Positions 14,077 through 28,298 of a stretch of DNA of 64,000 nt are shown here, one piece after another. Where the stretch lies: NCBI RefSeq assembly GCF_963921235.1, contig NC_086107.1, positions 106,270,001-106,334,000 on the forward strand, in the 5' to 3' direction. Made by a program: the position numbers and the translations under genes. The DNA comes from Mobula hypostoma (taxonomy: Eukaryota). Under the pieces are notes generated by a model. That model was given only the letters and a program-made list of their open reading frames with translations, was not told the DNA's origin and ran no database searches. Position 1 is the stretch's first letter; every line of letters starts with the position of its first letter.

Positions 14077-14714
14077 TGTCTTCCCTCCTCACCTGGATCC
14101 AACTATCACATGTCAGCTCCAACTTCATCCCTTCCACTCACCTTTTTTATCCTGGCTATCTCTGCTTTAGCTTCCAGTCCAGATATAGGGTCCCAGGCTG
14201 AAATGTCAGCTGCCCTTTCCCCCTCTACCGATACCACCTGACCTGCTGAATTCAACCAGCTACTTAAGGCACACAAAATTCCGGAGAAACTCAGCAGGTC
14301 AAGTAGCATCTATAAAGATTTTGGACTGAGAACCTTCATCAATCTTCCTCTCCTAACAGATTTCAACCTCTGCTGCCCTTGGTTGACTCCACCCATCACC
14401 TCCCAACCTCTGAGCTCTTCCCGCCTCCACTTGGATCCAACTAAAACATTCCAGCTCTAATTCCATTCCTTCCTCTCACCTCTTCCTCCTGGATACCTCC
14501 CCTCAAGCTTCCAGTCCTGATGAAGGGTCTTGGCCTGAAACATCAACCCTTTACTCCTCTCAATAGACGCTGCCCGACCTGCTGAGTTCTTCCAGCATTT
14601 TGTGTGTGTGTGTTACTCTGGATTTCCAGCATCTGCAGAATTGTGTGTGTTTATCATCCAGCTGTTTGCTTGGATCTTTTTTTGCTCCAGTGTCCAGCAT
14701 TAGCAGCCTCTTGT

Positions 14715-15552
14715 GGGGTCTACAATTACATCCAATCTATGCAATAACAACCTCTTAATCAATATCAGCCAGACCAAGGAGCCAAGTATTGACTTCAGGA
14801 GGAAAGCGGAGGTCTATGAGCCAGTCCTCCTCAGAGTATCAGAGGTGGAGAGGATCAGTTCTATTTCAGAGGACCTGATCTGGGCCCAGCATATAAGACC
14901 ATTTACAAAGAAAGCACACCAGTATCTCTACCTCCTTAGAAGATTGCGAAGATTTGGCATGATATCTAAAACTTCGACAAACCTCTATAGATGCGTAGTG
15001 GAGAGTATATTGACTGGCTGCATCACAGCCTGGAATGGAAACACCAATGCCCTTGGTCTGACAAAAGGTAGTGGATATGGCCCAATCCATCACGGGTAAA
15101 GCCCTCTCCACCGTTGAGTACATCAACACAAAGCAGTATTGCAGGAAAGCAACATCCATCAGCGGGGACCCCCACCACCCCCAGGTCATGCTCTCTTCTC
15201 ACTGCTGCCATCAGGAAGAAGGTACAAGAGCTTCAGGACTCACAGTACCAGGTTCAGGAACAGTTATTTCCCCTCAACCAACAAACTCTTGAACCAAAGG
15301 TGCTAACTTCACTCACCTGGCTCATTGAAATGTTCCCACAAACTATGGACTCGTTTTCAAGGACTCTTCATCTCATGTTCTCGCTATTTATTGCTTATTT
15401 ATTTGCCCAGTTTGTTGCCTTTTGCACACTGGTGGAATGCCCAGGTTGGTAGGTCTTCCATTGATTCTATTATGTTTATTAATCTATTATGGGTTTACTG
15501 GGTATGCCCGCAAGAAAATGAATCTCAGGGTTATTTATGGTGAACTTTGAAA
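14715..15552 (+). mobile_element. Older Rex/Babar-type LINE fragment (related piece at about 16470-16915)
   Basis: KKAHQYLYLLRRLRRFGM...YRCVVESILTGCITAW motif; TGAACTTTGAA tail. Confidence 0.75.
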
Positions 15553-18500
15553 AGCACAGGTTATTCCATCCAACTAATCCCAGGCTGCTCTCCCCCCACT
15601 CCACCACTCGTTCATATTTTTATTGTGTACTTGTGGAGAATGAGGTTTAGAGAGGAAAACAGATGACCAGCCATGGAGCTGATTGAGGGCTGGTCCCACC
15701 TAGCTCCCATGAGAACAATTCCTACTTCCACGGTGCCACAGCAGTGTAGGGGTTAGCGTAACGTGATTATAGCGCCAGAGAGCCCAGCTCAGTTCCACTG
15801 CCTAAGGAGTTTGTATGTTCTCCCCGTACCGGCGTGGGTCCCCCTCACATCCCAAAGACCTGCTGTCTAGGGTTAGGGAGTTGGTGCTAGGAGCGTGGCG
15901 ACACTTGCGGGCTGCCCCCATCCTCGGTCAGTGGCGCTTGTCGATGCAAACGACGCATTTCGTTATGTTTCCACGTACATGTGAAAAATACTGTTTAAAT
16001 CTTTAACCTTTCCTCCAAACCCTGTGTGACACTCATCAAAGTTGCTGGTGAACGCAGCAGGCTAGGCAGCATCTCTAGGAAGAGGTACAGTTGACATTTC
16101 TTCGTCTGACGAAGGGTCTTGACCTGAAATGTCGACTGTATCTCTTCCCAGAGATGCTGCCTGGCCTGCTGTGTTCACCAGCAACTTTGATGTGTGTTGC
16201 TTGAGTTTCCAGCATCTGCAGAATTCCTGTTGTCCTGTGTGACACTGCCACCTCCTGGACGCCGGAGTCAGTGCAACCTTACCGCTTCGAAATCAACCGG
16301 GTGCCCTAATTGACTAACGCCGGTTTGGATTGACCCGTTCCATTTTATTCCAGATTTTATTCGTGTGTAACATCAGAAATCTCTGCTTAACCCATGGCCT
16401 TTTGCGGAGAGGGCTTGCAGATTACCACCACAGCATTAGAGTTCAACTGGAGCTATACAGGTGTCAGAAAAGGGAACACACCCCGGTCATCATAGAGGGA
16501 TCAGAAGTGAAGAGAGTGAGCATTTTCACGTTCTTGGGTGTCAATATGGCCAATGATCTGAGGATCTCTGAGTGATCCAACCTATCGATGCAGAGTTAAA
16601 GAAGGCAAGACAACGACTATATTTCATTAGGCGTTTGAGGAGATTTGGTTTGTCAGCAGAAACATTCGCAAACTTCTGCAGATGTACCGTGGAGAGCATT
16701 CTGACTGACCGCTAATGGGGAGAGGGGAGAGCTACTGCACAGGATCAAAATAAACTGCAGAGAGTTATAAAATTAGTCAGCTCCATCCTGGGCACGCGGT
16801 ACCCAGGCCATCTTCAAGGAGCGATGCCTCAAAAAGGCGTCATTCATCCTTAAGGACCCCCATCACCCAGGACGCGCCCTGTTCTCATTGCTACCATCGG
16901 GAAGGAGGCACAGTCCTGATTTGTGGGCTGTTTTTTTTAGCTGTAGGCGCCTGAAATGCACTGCAGGGGACGCTGTGGAAGTAGATCCAATAGACACATT
17001 GAGAGGCTTTTAGACAGACACGTGAACGAGCGGAGAATGGAGAACTGTAGTCCCTGTGCGTGTAGTTAGGAATAGTTTAGATTGGCATGGAGGTTGGCAC
17101 ATGGGGCGACTGCTTGCATTTTTGTCTGCCACGGCGATTCAAACGCATAAGACAACGCAGTGTTGCAGACTCGGCCCAATACATCGCGGGCACATCCCTC
17201 CCCACCATCGAGGCCCTACTTCACAGCGGGTGACACCAATTCCCAAAGATTGCCACCATCCCGGCCAGGCCATCTTCCCGCAGCTACCATCGGGCAGGAG
17301 GTGAGGTGGAGGAGGCTAAGGTGCAGATGAACCACAGCGGATAGCGCAGTACTGGTCAGGGTTTGTCGAATCCTGCTGGCCAATGCATTGCACATTTCTC
17401 CCTGTAATTGTTCTCCTAAGATCAACAATTTATACAGATGTCTTACACGCTAATCATGAGAGATCCTGAAGATTGGTCTGTTATAGTACTGTCATGACGT
17501 GTTACAGTACAGTACCGTGCCGTGACGTGTTGAGTTAGAAAATAAAATGTAAATTTGTAATTGTATCTTGCTTTATTGCTCTCCAAGGAAATGTGCTATT
17601 TAATATGTAGCCATGTTATTTTTAGGGTGTTTTCTGGAACTAGGGCATAGAGCAAATATTAATCTCAACTGCAACCAGTCTTCAGATCTGAACGTGGGTT
17701 TGTATATTAAATTTTAAATGCAGCTCGGAACAGGAAACATCCAGTTGATTTGAGATGTCCGCATTTGTATGAATGCAATCAACACCCCATCGCGTGTACG
17801 CAGAGACCACAGTAATTAACACTCGTTTTAGGTGCGTTGGTAGGAAGGTAACAAACACTTTATTGATCCCAAGGGGGAAATTCTTTCATTCCTGATCCAG
17901 GCATTCAAAAAAAATTACACGCAACTCAGAAAGAAGCATTATGAGGGCATTGTAACTATAGAAATTGTCCTGTTACCATTGTTCTTTAAAATATAAAAAT
18001 GTGTTGTAATGTTGGGTCGGGGAGTCTCTCTCATGCCTCCAAAAGTTACCAGCATGTGGGTGCCCCAAATAAAGACTTTTATAGTTACCAGCTGCATCTC
18101 TCCAGTGATTTTGTTCAGCATTACAACCCTATGTTGGCACTGGAATGTGGGGCGATGGTCGCAGGCTGCCTCCAGCACATCATTAGGTTGTGTAAGCTGT
18201 TATCGCAAATGGCACATTTCACGAACTGTTTCAATGTACTTGCTAAATAAAGGAATCTAAAGAGTTAATTGCTTTCAACCATTCAGTTCTGGAACCAAAC
18301 GGGAAACAACCCCCAGCACTACCGGAGTAGTGCTGTAGTGTATAACACTGGTGTACAGTGAGCAGTGTACAGTGTGGTTTGCTCCTCTGGCGTTCTTTCT
18401 TGTAATTAATTATGTGTAACTTACGGGTTGGGCCTCTGATGCTGCTGGCTGCTGCAAGTTTTTCATTGCACCTGCAGATAACAATAAACTCCACTGCCCC

Positions 18501-18775
18501 TGCGCTGTCCTATTCGAGAGAGTCTAATTATAAACCAGAAAAAAATCTGCAGATGCTGGAAATCCAAGCAACACACAGACAAAAAGCTGGAGGAACTCAG
18601 CAGGCCAGGAAAAGAGTACAGTCAACGTTTCGGGTCCTGCTGAAGGGTCTCGGCGCAAAACGTCGACTGGTTACTTTTCCATAGATGCAGCCTGGCCTGC
18701 TGAGTTCCTCCAGCATGTTGTGCGTGTTGCTAAGAGTCTCCACTCTTCGTACCCTGACTTACAATCTCAAACGTA

Positions 18776-19323
18776 CACTCAGCGCCCACTTTGCGGGGTG
18801 GAGACGTGGAAACCAGTGTGTGGTCTGCTGCAGTAGCCCGTCCACATCAAAGTTCGATGTGTGGTCAGAGATGTTCGGCTGCACGCCACTGTCGTAATGC
18901 ACGGTTGAGTTACTGTTGCCCTCCCGTCAGCTTGAAGCAGTCTGGCCGTTCTCCTCTGACCCCTCTCATTACAAGGTGTTTTCACTCACAGGAACTTTTC
19001 CCCCCACTATTCTCTGTAAATTCTAATGCAGGGGTTCCCAACCTTTTTTATGCCATGGGCCAATCCCATCAAGCAAGAGGTCCAGGACCCCAAGATGGGA
19101 ACCCCTGATGTGCCCGAAAATCCCAGGAGACCAGTGGTTTCTCACTCAAACCACCCTGTCTGGCGCCAACAAGAGTTCCGCAAAGTCACTGATCACGTTT
19201 CTTTCCCATTCTGAAACTCTTGACCATGCCCACGTGCTTTTATATATTGAGGTGATTGGTTGATTACATACTCGCATTAATGAGCAGCTGTAGATGTCTA
19301 CCTAACAAAGTGGCCACTGAGTA
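18776..19323 (-). mobile_element. Tc1/mariner non-autonomous element with nested CAGGGGTTCCCA-TIR hAT MITE (19029-19107)
   Basis: TA-flanked degenerate TIRs of type CACTCAGTGGCCACTTT; inverted homologue of 30251-30752. Confidence 0.7.
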
Positions 19324-19613
19324 TTTAGTTTGCTGGTTAATGAACTCACCGACTCCTCTACCCCTCTCCTCTCCCACCGCTTGCTCATGAAATTTCTTTG
19401 CTCCAGAATTAAACGTGGAACATGGAGGCCGCAGTGAAATCTCAGTCAACCCCTACACTGGGCCCCAAAAGTCGAGAACTGTGTCGGCTGCTTCTGGCAT
19501 CTAAAGTTTCTCCAGGTAACCGTGGTGTCGTTTCCCACACTTCCAGTTTCAACTGCAAACCTTCGTGCCTTTACAGACAAGAACCTCTCACACCTTTCTT
19601 TAGGAATGTGACA

Positions 19614-19623
19614 TTTATTTATT
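19614..19623 (-). terminator. Candidate distal poly(A) signal (overlapping AATAAATAAA)
   Basis: Ends a U-rich, 3'UTR-like minus-strand block; GU-rich sequence follows downstream. Confidence 0.45.
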
Positions 19624-22600
19624 TTGTACTTCCAAAGCGCGACACAAGTGCCAAGTGCTGCCTATGTTAATGCAAAGATTTTTTAAAAAAACAGCAAACA
19701 CATTATTGACAGACATTTCCCGATTGTTAATCGTCCTTACAAAAAAAAGTACTTACAAAACAAATATTGGGGAATGGGGGAAGGGGGAGGGGTGGGGAAA
19801 ATCGTCTGTTCAGAGGTGATTTTTCATTGGGTGGACGGGATCCAGAAACGGGACAGATGAGAGATTATTTTCAGTATAACTCTCGCACACAGACTAATCC
19901 TATACTGTCCACAGTTGTACAGGTAACAGTCACCAAACACACCCTTTACAGAGTTCATCTCAAGACTCTGGGGGCAGTATTAGCAAGCCGGTCTTAACTA
20001 GTGCAAGCAACTACAATACCCCCCCCCCAGCACACAGTCGTGGGAGGGGTTGGGTGGGTGGGTGGGGAGGGGGGGGGTCCCCAGATAGCACTGGAGTCAC
20101 AAGTGTTGTGACTCACCATCACCACAAACGCAGCCTCCTTCCAAAATTCACTTCCCCTCCCCTTCCAATCCCGTCGGCAGCAACCTTGGCTCGAGTCAGG
20201 CAAGAGAACCACACACACATCCGCACTAACTCCAGAGAACGGGAATTCCCCTCTCCCTGGGAATAAGTCGATGGATAACCGCATCGCCAAAAATGGCTGC
20301 CTGTGTAACACTCTCAAGACATCAAAGACCGTGCCTCCATCACCAGACAACACCCCCCACCGCCGGTTCCACGTCCTTCGCTGCATCTCTGTCGGCCGTG
20401 CGGAACAGCCACATCACTGACCTACCACGAGGTACACCGCGGTCATCGCTTGACACTTCCTCTGGTAGGGAAGGTTGGGATCGTCATCATAACTCACCCC
20501 CACACACTTAATTTAACCCACTGTTACATTACGCTTCCGTCCCACTACCAGGGGTTCCCAACCCCGGGTCCATGGATTCCTTTGGTTAACGGTAGAGCGC
20601 CATGCTGTAAAAACAAAGTTGGGAAACCCCTGCCTGCCCATTTTCACAACCCCCCACCTCCAGAGGATCCCTCCTCCACCTCATTCCCCCCCCCCTTTAA
20701 TGTTGGGTGGGAAGGAAAAACCAATTAAAAATGGGAGGGGGATGAAAGAAAAACATCAATTCCAAAGGTGGGGGGAGGAAAACGATGACGGTGGCCGCTC
20801 CCAAAGGAAGTCATTACTATACAAGGTCACATCAACGGCAAAGTAATAAAAGATTATTACAGAAACTATTTGGAGCTCTCCAACGCTACCTTGACCAGTG
20901 TATCCTCCCCCCGACTTCCCCCAACACTCCCCGCACTATAGCGGGGGAATCCCAACTTCTAATCAAATCCCCCAACATTCAGCATCAAGTTGAAGGCTTG
21001 GAGTCCAGCCGAGGTCGGTCCCGTGGCGACATCACCCTGCGTAACCCTCGCCACCCCCTGCCCCACCCCACCCGCCGTTTTCCCCAATCCCGAAAGATCG
21101 CTTGGCCATTCACAACACCAAGTGCCCACAGACACACTCGCCCTTGCCCACCACGATCAGAGGGCACCCACACTGAGGTTTCACTGAATCCTCAACCCCA
21201 GCAAGGTGGGGGGGGGGGGAATTCTACGGTACAATTAACAGAAGGCTTCCAGGAATCTCCATGTCACATCTAGTCCCCTTCAAGTGGTTCTATTGGCAGC
21301 AGATCCCAACAGGCCAAAAAGGCTCTTAGAGTAACCACAGTGGGGTTTTTTGTCCACCTCGGCCATGACCACAATTTAAAGACTCAATAGTCAGGGAGGT
21401 AACCTTCCTTAGATAGACACCAGCAGCGACCAATAGGCTACAGTCAAGATTCTGGAGTGGGTCTCGAACCTACAACCTTCTGACTCAAAGAGGACAAAAG
21501 GTGTCAGCCCTCAGCCAAAGCTCACACTCCTAAAGTACAAGCCAATCTTTTTGTTCTGTATTTAGTGATACAGGTAACAAGCCCTTCCAGCCCAACCAGT
21601 CCGCACGACCCAACTACACCCACGTGGCCAACCAACCGGTACGTCTTTGGACTGTGGGAGGAAACCAGAGCACCCGGAGGAAACTCACGCGGTCGCGGGA
21701 AGCACGCACAAACTCCCTACGAGGCAGCGGCAGGAACCGAACCCAGGTCACTGGCGCCGTAATGGCGTGACAGTAACGGCCCCCCTACGGTGCTGTCCCC
21801 TAGACTGAGTCAACGGGGAAGAGCTACCGCAATCATCCAGCGAGGGTGATGGATAACCACACTGAGCAACAGGTCGGGGGACAAGGCCCACGGGTTTGAT
21901 TGCTTAATTGATTAAAACCGAGAGCTATGCCATCCAACCCCCATCCCAGTCTAACCGCTCACGAGGGCTAAAAAGAAATGCTCAGTGGGCCGGGCAGCCT
22001 CTGTGGAGACGTAAGTGTTTCAGGTTTTGAAACAATAATTGCTTCCCTCTTCACACATGCTGTGTGACCCTCCGAGTGTTCCAGGTAACTTCCTTTCATT
22101 TCCAGCACCCACAAGTTCTGTTTTGGAGGGTTTTATTTCTGCCCAGATTCTCATCCGTGTGTAATTATTTATTGAGAGATGCGGTGCGTACAAGGCCCTC
22201 CCGGCCCAACAAGCCGCAGCACCCAGCACCCCAGCTATTCAACACTAGCCCAATCACGCGTGTCTGTAACTTGGGAGCTGCTCACCGGGGCCAGACGCCG
22301 TCCCACCTCACCGTGAGACGTCAAGCAGACATCGCCTATTTCCACAAACGCCAGAAGATCTGCAGATGCTGGAAACCCAAAGCAACGCGCACAGAATGCT
22401 GGAGGGACTCAGTAGCATCTATGGAAAAGAGTAAACAGTTGGCGTTTCGGGATTCATGATGAGCGTAACCTTCAGCCTTGATGAAATCAAGAAAACGTCC
22501 CAGCTGCAGCCACTATTTTAGTATAGGCTTCCCCCACAGGGGGGGTCTCATGGCCACCCTACAGATAGCGTAGCTGTCCGTAGGGTTTTCATGACAAGAT

Positions 22601-25600
22601 ACAGAAGTAAATACTGCTGCTGCCCAAGTTGGGACCTGGCCGGATTCGAACTCAGAACCCTCCGCCTCGAAGTCCAGTGCTGATGCCACTACACCACTGG
22701 CTGGCCCACAGGTGCAGTGCATGTGGGAGTAATAATCAGATCTACTGCTTATAGGTCTGGGGGCTCCAGGAACCTGAGATTTTCAGAAAAATGTAATGGA
22801 TTTTTTTTTTTAACGTCTGCCCTTTTGCGCAGACGGGGCCTCAGTTTAACGTCTCTCCCCCCCCTTAAGAAGACGGTGCATCTGACAACGCAGCACTCCC
22901 TCAGCACAATAGAGGGTCAGCCTATAATTCCTTACTGAAGTCTCTGGAGCGAGACTCAACAGCAAGAGAATCACCCACTATACATCAGGACAGATCGAGA
23001 GACGTGGGCAACGTGCGGGGGGGATAAAGAAATTACGCCATTTCAACAGAAGCAGCGATTTAAATACATAACTAAAGGTGTGGTTAATATAAAAATCTAT
23101 ACAAACTGCTTAAAGCACAAAGCTTTTCCAGGTATTGGACCGTAATATATGAAATCACCTGAAAATATAGTGCAGGTTACTTTGGTTGATTTAATCAAAG
23201 TGCTTCCATTTACAACAGAGCCTCCAGGGTAAGCCTGGCTGTTGGCACCTTGTCTGGCCAGTAGAGGGCAGAGTGGAGCACCCGGCCGAGGGCCCGGAGA
23301 ATGAGATGGAGTCGAGGGGGCTTGTTCCCGAGGTACGCATACATGGAAAATGTTGTCAATCAACACATGGGAATACTCGGCGCCTCTTGCATTCAGGGAG
23401 GAGCCAAGAAACGGCTGCCTGGGACACTTGGCGCATCTCCCCTGAGTCAGGGTTTGTTCCAGCATCAATCCCCTGATCCTTTCAGTATCTGGAAATCTAT
23501 GGACCGTTATTCCAAATGCAATTTTCAAACCTCCACATCCCTCTGGTAAGAATTCCAAAGATTAACCGCCCTCACAGTAAAGTCAGGTCTTATCCCAGTC
23601 CTAAATAGACCTCAGCTTATCTTGACACTAGTTCCCAGCCCGGAGACAGAGAACTTCCTGCGGCCTGAGCCAAATCACAACTCAGGGTTCTGTCACTACC
23701 CCACCTTACTAGCTGAAGGGCTGAGGTGTCAAGCAGCCCACGCTTGACGCATTAGATGGAATTTGACCGAGCATCAACCAGCCCCCACTCAGGACCCCGA
23801 CCTCCCAAAGCCTCAGGGCCACCTTGAACCCCCGAGGGGTGGCCAATTTGTGGGACTTGTTGCCACAGGGAGCGATGGAGGCCAAGTCAGTGAGTGTACT
23901 TAAGGCAGAGACTGACTGGTAAACAGGTTAAAGCAGGAGGAATAGGGTTTTTTAAAAAAAAATTAGCCGTGACTGAACAGTGGAGCAGACTCGATGGCCA
24001 AACGGCCGAATTCTGCTCCTGCATCTTCTGGTGAGAACTGTCGCCACCTTCCCGTAAACGCAGGCCCCATAAACCCTGGGGCGGGATTAGCTGCCAGGCA
24101 CGCAGAGTTAACAGAGGCACAGCTACTTGGCATCTCAACCCTGCTTCAAGTGCAGAGTCCCTGAATGGGATATATCGGGGACACTGGACCAAAATGGCTT
24201 CTCTCCCCGCCCAAGGCCCATCACCAAGGTGTTCCACTCAGGATGGATACATACACACACACACACCACCCCCCCCCCGCCAAATTAATGCTTAAGTGCT
24301 TAAAAGTAATTCACACGAGGACAGGGTCCAGAGGAAAACACAAACGCAACCTCTCCGTTAATAGTAGCTTAGTAGCTCCACACAACTAGTCACTTGTGTT
24401 AGTGTTACAGCCCGTTTGTGAGCATACCACAAACTTTTTTTTTAAATATACTGTAGTGTCCAGATACTGGGGTGAACTCCTCTCCCTGCGTTAACCGTGG
24501 GATGGGTTTTGTTCTTCTCCACCTCAGCCACGACCACAATTTAAAGACTGAATAGTCAGGGAGGTAACCTTCCTCAGATAGACACCAGCACTGACCAATA
24601 GGCTACAGTCAAGATTCGGGGGGTTCTTGAACCTACAACCTTCTGACTCAAGAGAAAAAGGTGTCAGCCCTCAGCCAAAGCTCACACTCCTAAAGTACAA
24701 GCCAATCTTTTTGTTCGGTATTTAGCGATACAGGTAACAAGCCCTTTCAGCCCAACTACACCCACGTGGACAACCAACCTACTAACCTGTGCATCTCTGA
24801 AAACTGGGAGGAAACCGGAGCACCCGGAGGAAACCCGAGTGGTCAAGGGGAGAACGTACAAACTCCTTACAGACGGCAGCAGGAACTGGCGCTGTAACAG
24901 CTACGCTACAGGGCCGCTCCTTAAACCGAATCAGTGGGATAGAGTTAATGCCATCAGCGAGGGTCTTGGATAACCACACTGAAAATAGAACAGCTCGATT
25001 TATTTCCTGATTTATTAGTGTTTCCCAAAGGAATACAGAGATGCAGCTAAAGCTCTGTACACCCAACCTTCAACAATGCATTAATTCCTCACCCCCCTCC
25101 AAAAAAAAATTCTGGCTCCAAAACACAGCCCCAAACTGCTCTGATTTTCTCACCACTGGAAGGGTAACATCATCACCAGGAGAAACCACTTCCGGTGGAC
25201 AAGCACACACAGAAATGGCCCTGTACCACTTGCCAGAAACTCAGAGCACAGTCCCACTCATGAACCCACCACTGACTCCTGGCTTCCACCTAATTCACTG
25301 CCTTATTCCTCCCAAGCACGGTCACACCAGGTCTTGAATCAGTCACACCAATGAGGACGTCGGTTTCAGGGGCCCAATGGGCTTCCGCCATTCAAATTCC
25401 TTAAAGAACCACCGGCCACAGGCTCCCCTTTGAGCTGCATACCTCCCGGCCCTGGGCGCTCGGGAGCTTCCTGCACTGGAAATCTTCAGGGATATTTTCA
25501 CCAAACAGGAGGCAGAGCTCAAAGCAGCAGCTCACCTACTCAAGGGCAAATAAGTACTGCCCGTGGTCAATAATGCCCCGTCTCACCAAGGTGCAGCCCT

Positions 25601-27814
25601 TCAGAATTCACCATCACGACGTTCCAAGAGTGTTACGGCCACAGAAGTACTATGAAGGACACTTAAATGATGCTTAGATAGGAAAAATGGAGGGCTATGC
25701 GAGAGGGAAGGGTTAGATTGATTTTGGAGTGTAGGTCAAAGGGCTAGCACAACATTGCGGGCCGAAGGTTCTGACCTGGAGAGGCGTGAGATCTTGGGAG
25801 TGATGCCATCTCGAGTTTGGCTCCTTGTAGGGTCACTGATGGTACAGTCAAGGGAAGAAGCTCCAGATGTAGAATGATCCAACGGTAGAGCTGGTGGAAG
25901 AAGATGTCCCACGGCAATGGCAATGAAGGTGGGGGAAGGCTGCCGCAGTGAAGGGAGATCAGTCGTCTTCTACTCTGTGCCAGTGGACCCCGACCCGTCA
26001 CAGACTACCTCTGCATGGCCTCCCCACGTTAAACAACGCCCTGCACAGGCGTGCTCCACAAAGGGAATCCCAGTTCGGCCGCTACGGCCACTAGACGACA
26101 ACCCCTTAGGAGGACATCACACTGGAGTGACCGCACTATGACTAGTGCAACGTACTTTTCTCAGTTCTACATTCTAACTGTGGGCAATACGGCAGCCCGT
26201 TTGCACCCAGCAAGCTCCAACAGACCGGAAAGTGATAATGACAATTTTTTAAAAAACAGCACCTTCTTCAAAATAGTGCTGTGGGATGTTTTGTGGGAAG
26301 AGCCGCTTCAGAAAGAGGTCACCGTTAACTCTGTCAGTGCTGCCCACCGGACAGCCCCAGGGTAAGGTGAAGCCTTGGAGCACAATCTTCAGCTCAAGAT
26401 CGCCAGCGCTGGGGCGAGTCCAAGATCCGTGACAGCTCAAGTGCAGCTTACGCGAGGGGTCAGTGACGGAAGTTCACACAGAGGTTCCACCTTCCCAAAA
26501 AGTGGGAAGTGGAGAAGGGAGATGGGACAAGAGAGGCTTAGCTTCATTGATTCTTATTCACCAACCGCCTGCTTACTAACACCATCGCCTGAAAGCCTCG
26601 TCACGGTCTTGGTCCGAACACGGGGACACTGCAGAAACGCAGGTACGGCACCCTGAAGCGGGTGAAGTTCGGCCATCGCCGGAAAAGAGAACGCCGACTG
26701 ACGCAACGAGCCCGATTAAAGCGTCGAGGCCCGAGAGCAGGTAACAAACCGGTGTTCAGTCCCACTGTTCCAGGCCAGGCCAGGCCCGTCCCACCCCATC
26801 AGCACGCGCTTGATCCCCTTTCTCCTCATTACTCCATTGGGCGAGAGGTGCAGGAGTCTTGGTTCAGGACCAGTAGCTGCTCTATATCCACCGGGGCCCT
26901 GGACCAGCGTGGACAGCTTCACTCGCCTCAGCCATACCTGCATAATAAGCGTACTTCCAACGTTGAAATTCCAGAGAGAAATGACTGCCTTGACATCATA
27001 GGAGCACCTGACTGAATACTGCGTCTAAGGAAGGCAGGGAGGGTTGTAGGCAAGGGGCTCCGAGGGGGCAGGAGTCACAGAGGATATTAATTCACGAAGC
27101 TCCTCAAGGCAGGATCCATCCCACACCAAACTATCTCCAATCACTTCGCCAACGACCCTTCCACTGTAAGCAGGATGACCACCGGCGATCACACTGTGCT
27201 CAATTCCCTTCACAGACTCCTCAGCAAAAACGAAGCAGACCACGCCCGCACGCGGCGAGGCCAGGACGTCGCGCAGGGGTAGAGTCGGTGAGCCGCGAGC
27301 GCTAACATTCACACTCTGAATGCGCCAAGCCAAGGACCGTCGCCGAACAAGTGAGTCTGCCTTCCGATGCCATTGCCGTCACGGAGTTTACCCACCGCCG
27401 ATACTCCCGGGAGTTACCAGCGACCCAGAAACTCAACTCCACCAGCCACAAGTAGACCGCGGCGAAGAGAACCGGTTCGAAGCCAGCCGACCCACTTCCT
27501 GTCGATTCGAACCCCTCCGCCATCTGCAAATACACCGGAGCGAAGGAACGCTGCCCACTCGCCTGGACAAACACAGCTCCAAACGTCAAGGGAACCAACA
27601 CCACCCGGGACAAAGTAGCCTGCTTGACTGGGCCCCATGCACTCCGCCAAACACTCCCTCCATCCGCCACTCAACACACTATCTTTGACACTACCTCCTA
27701 CCACTGGGGACACTGAGAAGCTTGCCAAGGTGGACACCATCGCCCGCAGGCTTCCCGCCCAGTCATGCATCCCGCCCCCCCGATTTTGGAAATACATCAC
27801 TGTTCCTCCATCAC

Positions 27815-28298
27815 TTCTCCAAGGGGACCACAACCTTGTCATAGGGTTTGGAGGCTTGGTATGCCTCAAAGACCTGGAGAACTATGCCGGCTGGAGTCAG
27901 GGCCTCGTGGTTTGACTCTTGATAGGGTCAGCCATGCCAAACAGGTCAAACAGTAGAGGCCAGACTAAGAGTGGTCCGCCAGGTTTGGTGGTCCAGCACA
28001 GGACTAATAACCCTGACTGGTCAAAACGAAATGTTACGGACACGGCGATGGAAAATCCTGTATCTGCGTGCGATGGTATCCCTGAGGCTCTGCCCGGGAT
28101 TTGCACGGGCGACAGCAGTAAAACCCTTAAGAGGAAGTCACTGGCACGACGAAGGACCAAAGGCAACCTGATGCCGTACAGCAGAGGCAAAAACGAGGAC
28201 CCCGAACCGCACCTGGGGCACAGTAGAGAAGACAGCCAAAGACAGGCCAAGATGGAGGACGGACATTGCTGCCCTGAGCAGCAGCAGCGTACGAGGCA
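27815..28298 (+). mobile_element. Bipartite RTE-derived non-autonomous retroelement (relatives at 8545-8960 minus, 53417-53720, 58295-58620)
   Basis: RTE/BovB-like 5' UTR (GGACCACAACCTTGTC...TAGGGTCA.CCATG...CAGACTAAGAGTGGTCC) fused to an RTE ORF C-terminus (NRTWGTVEKTAKDRPRWRTDIAAL). Confidence 0.7.

Noticed and set aside
1..19400. NPTXR, expected downstream of CBX6 from mammalian synteny
   Set aside because: No pentraxin-like exon or matching CpG island recognised; it may lie outside the window.
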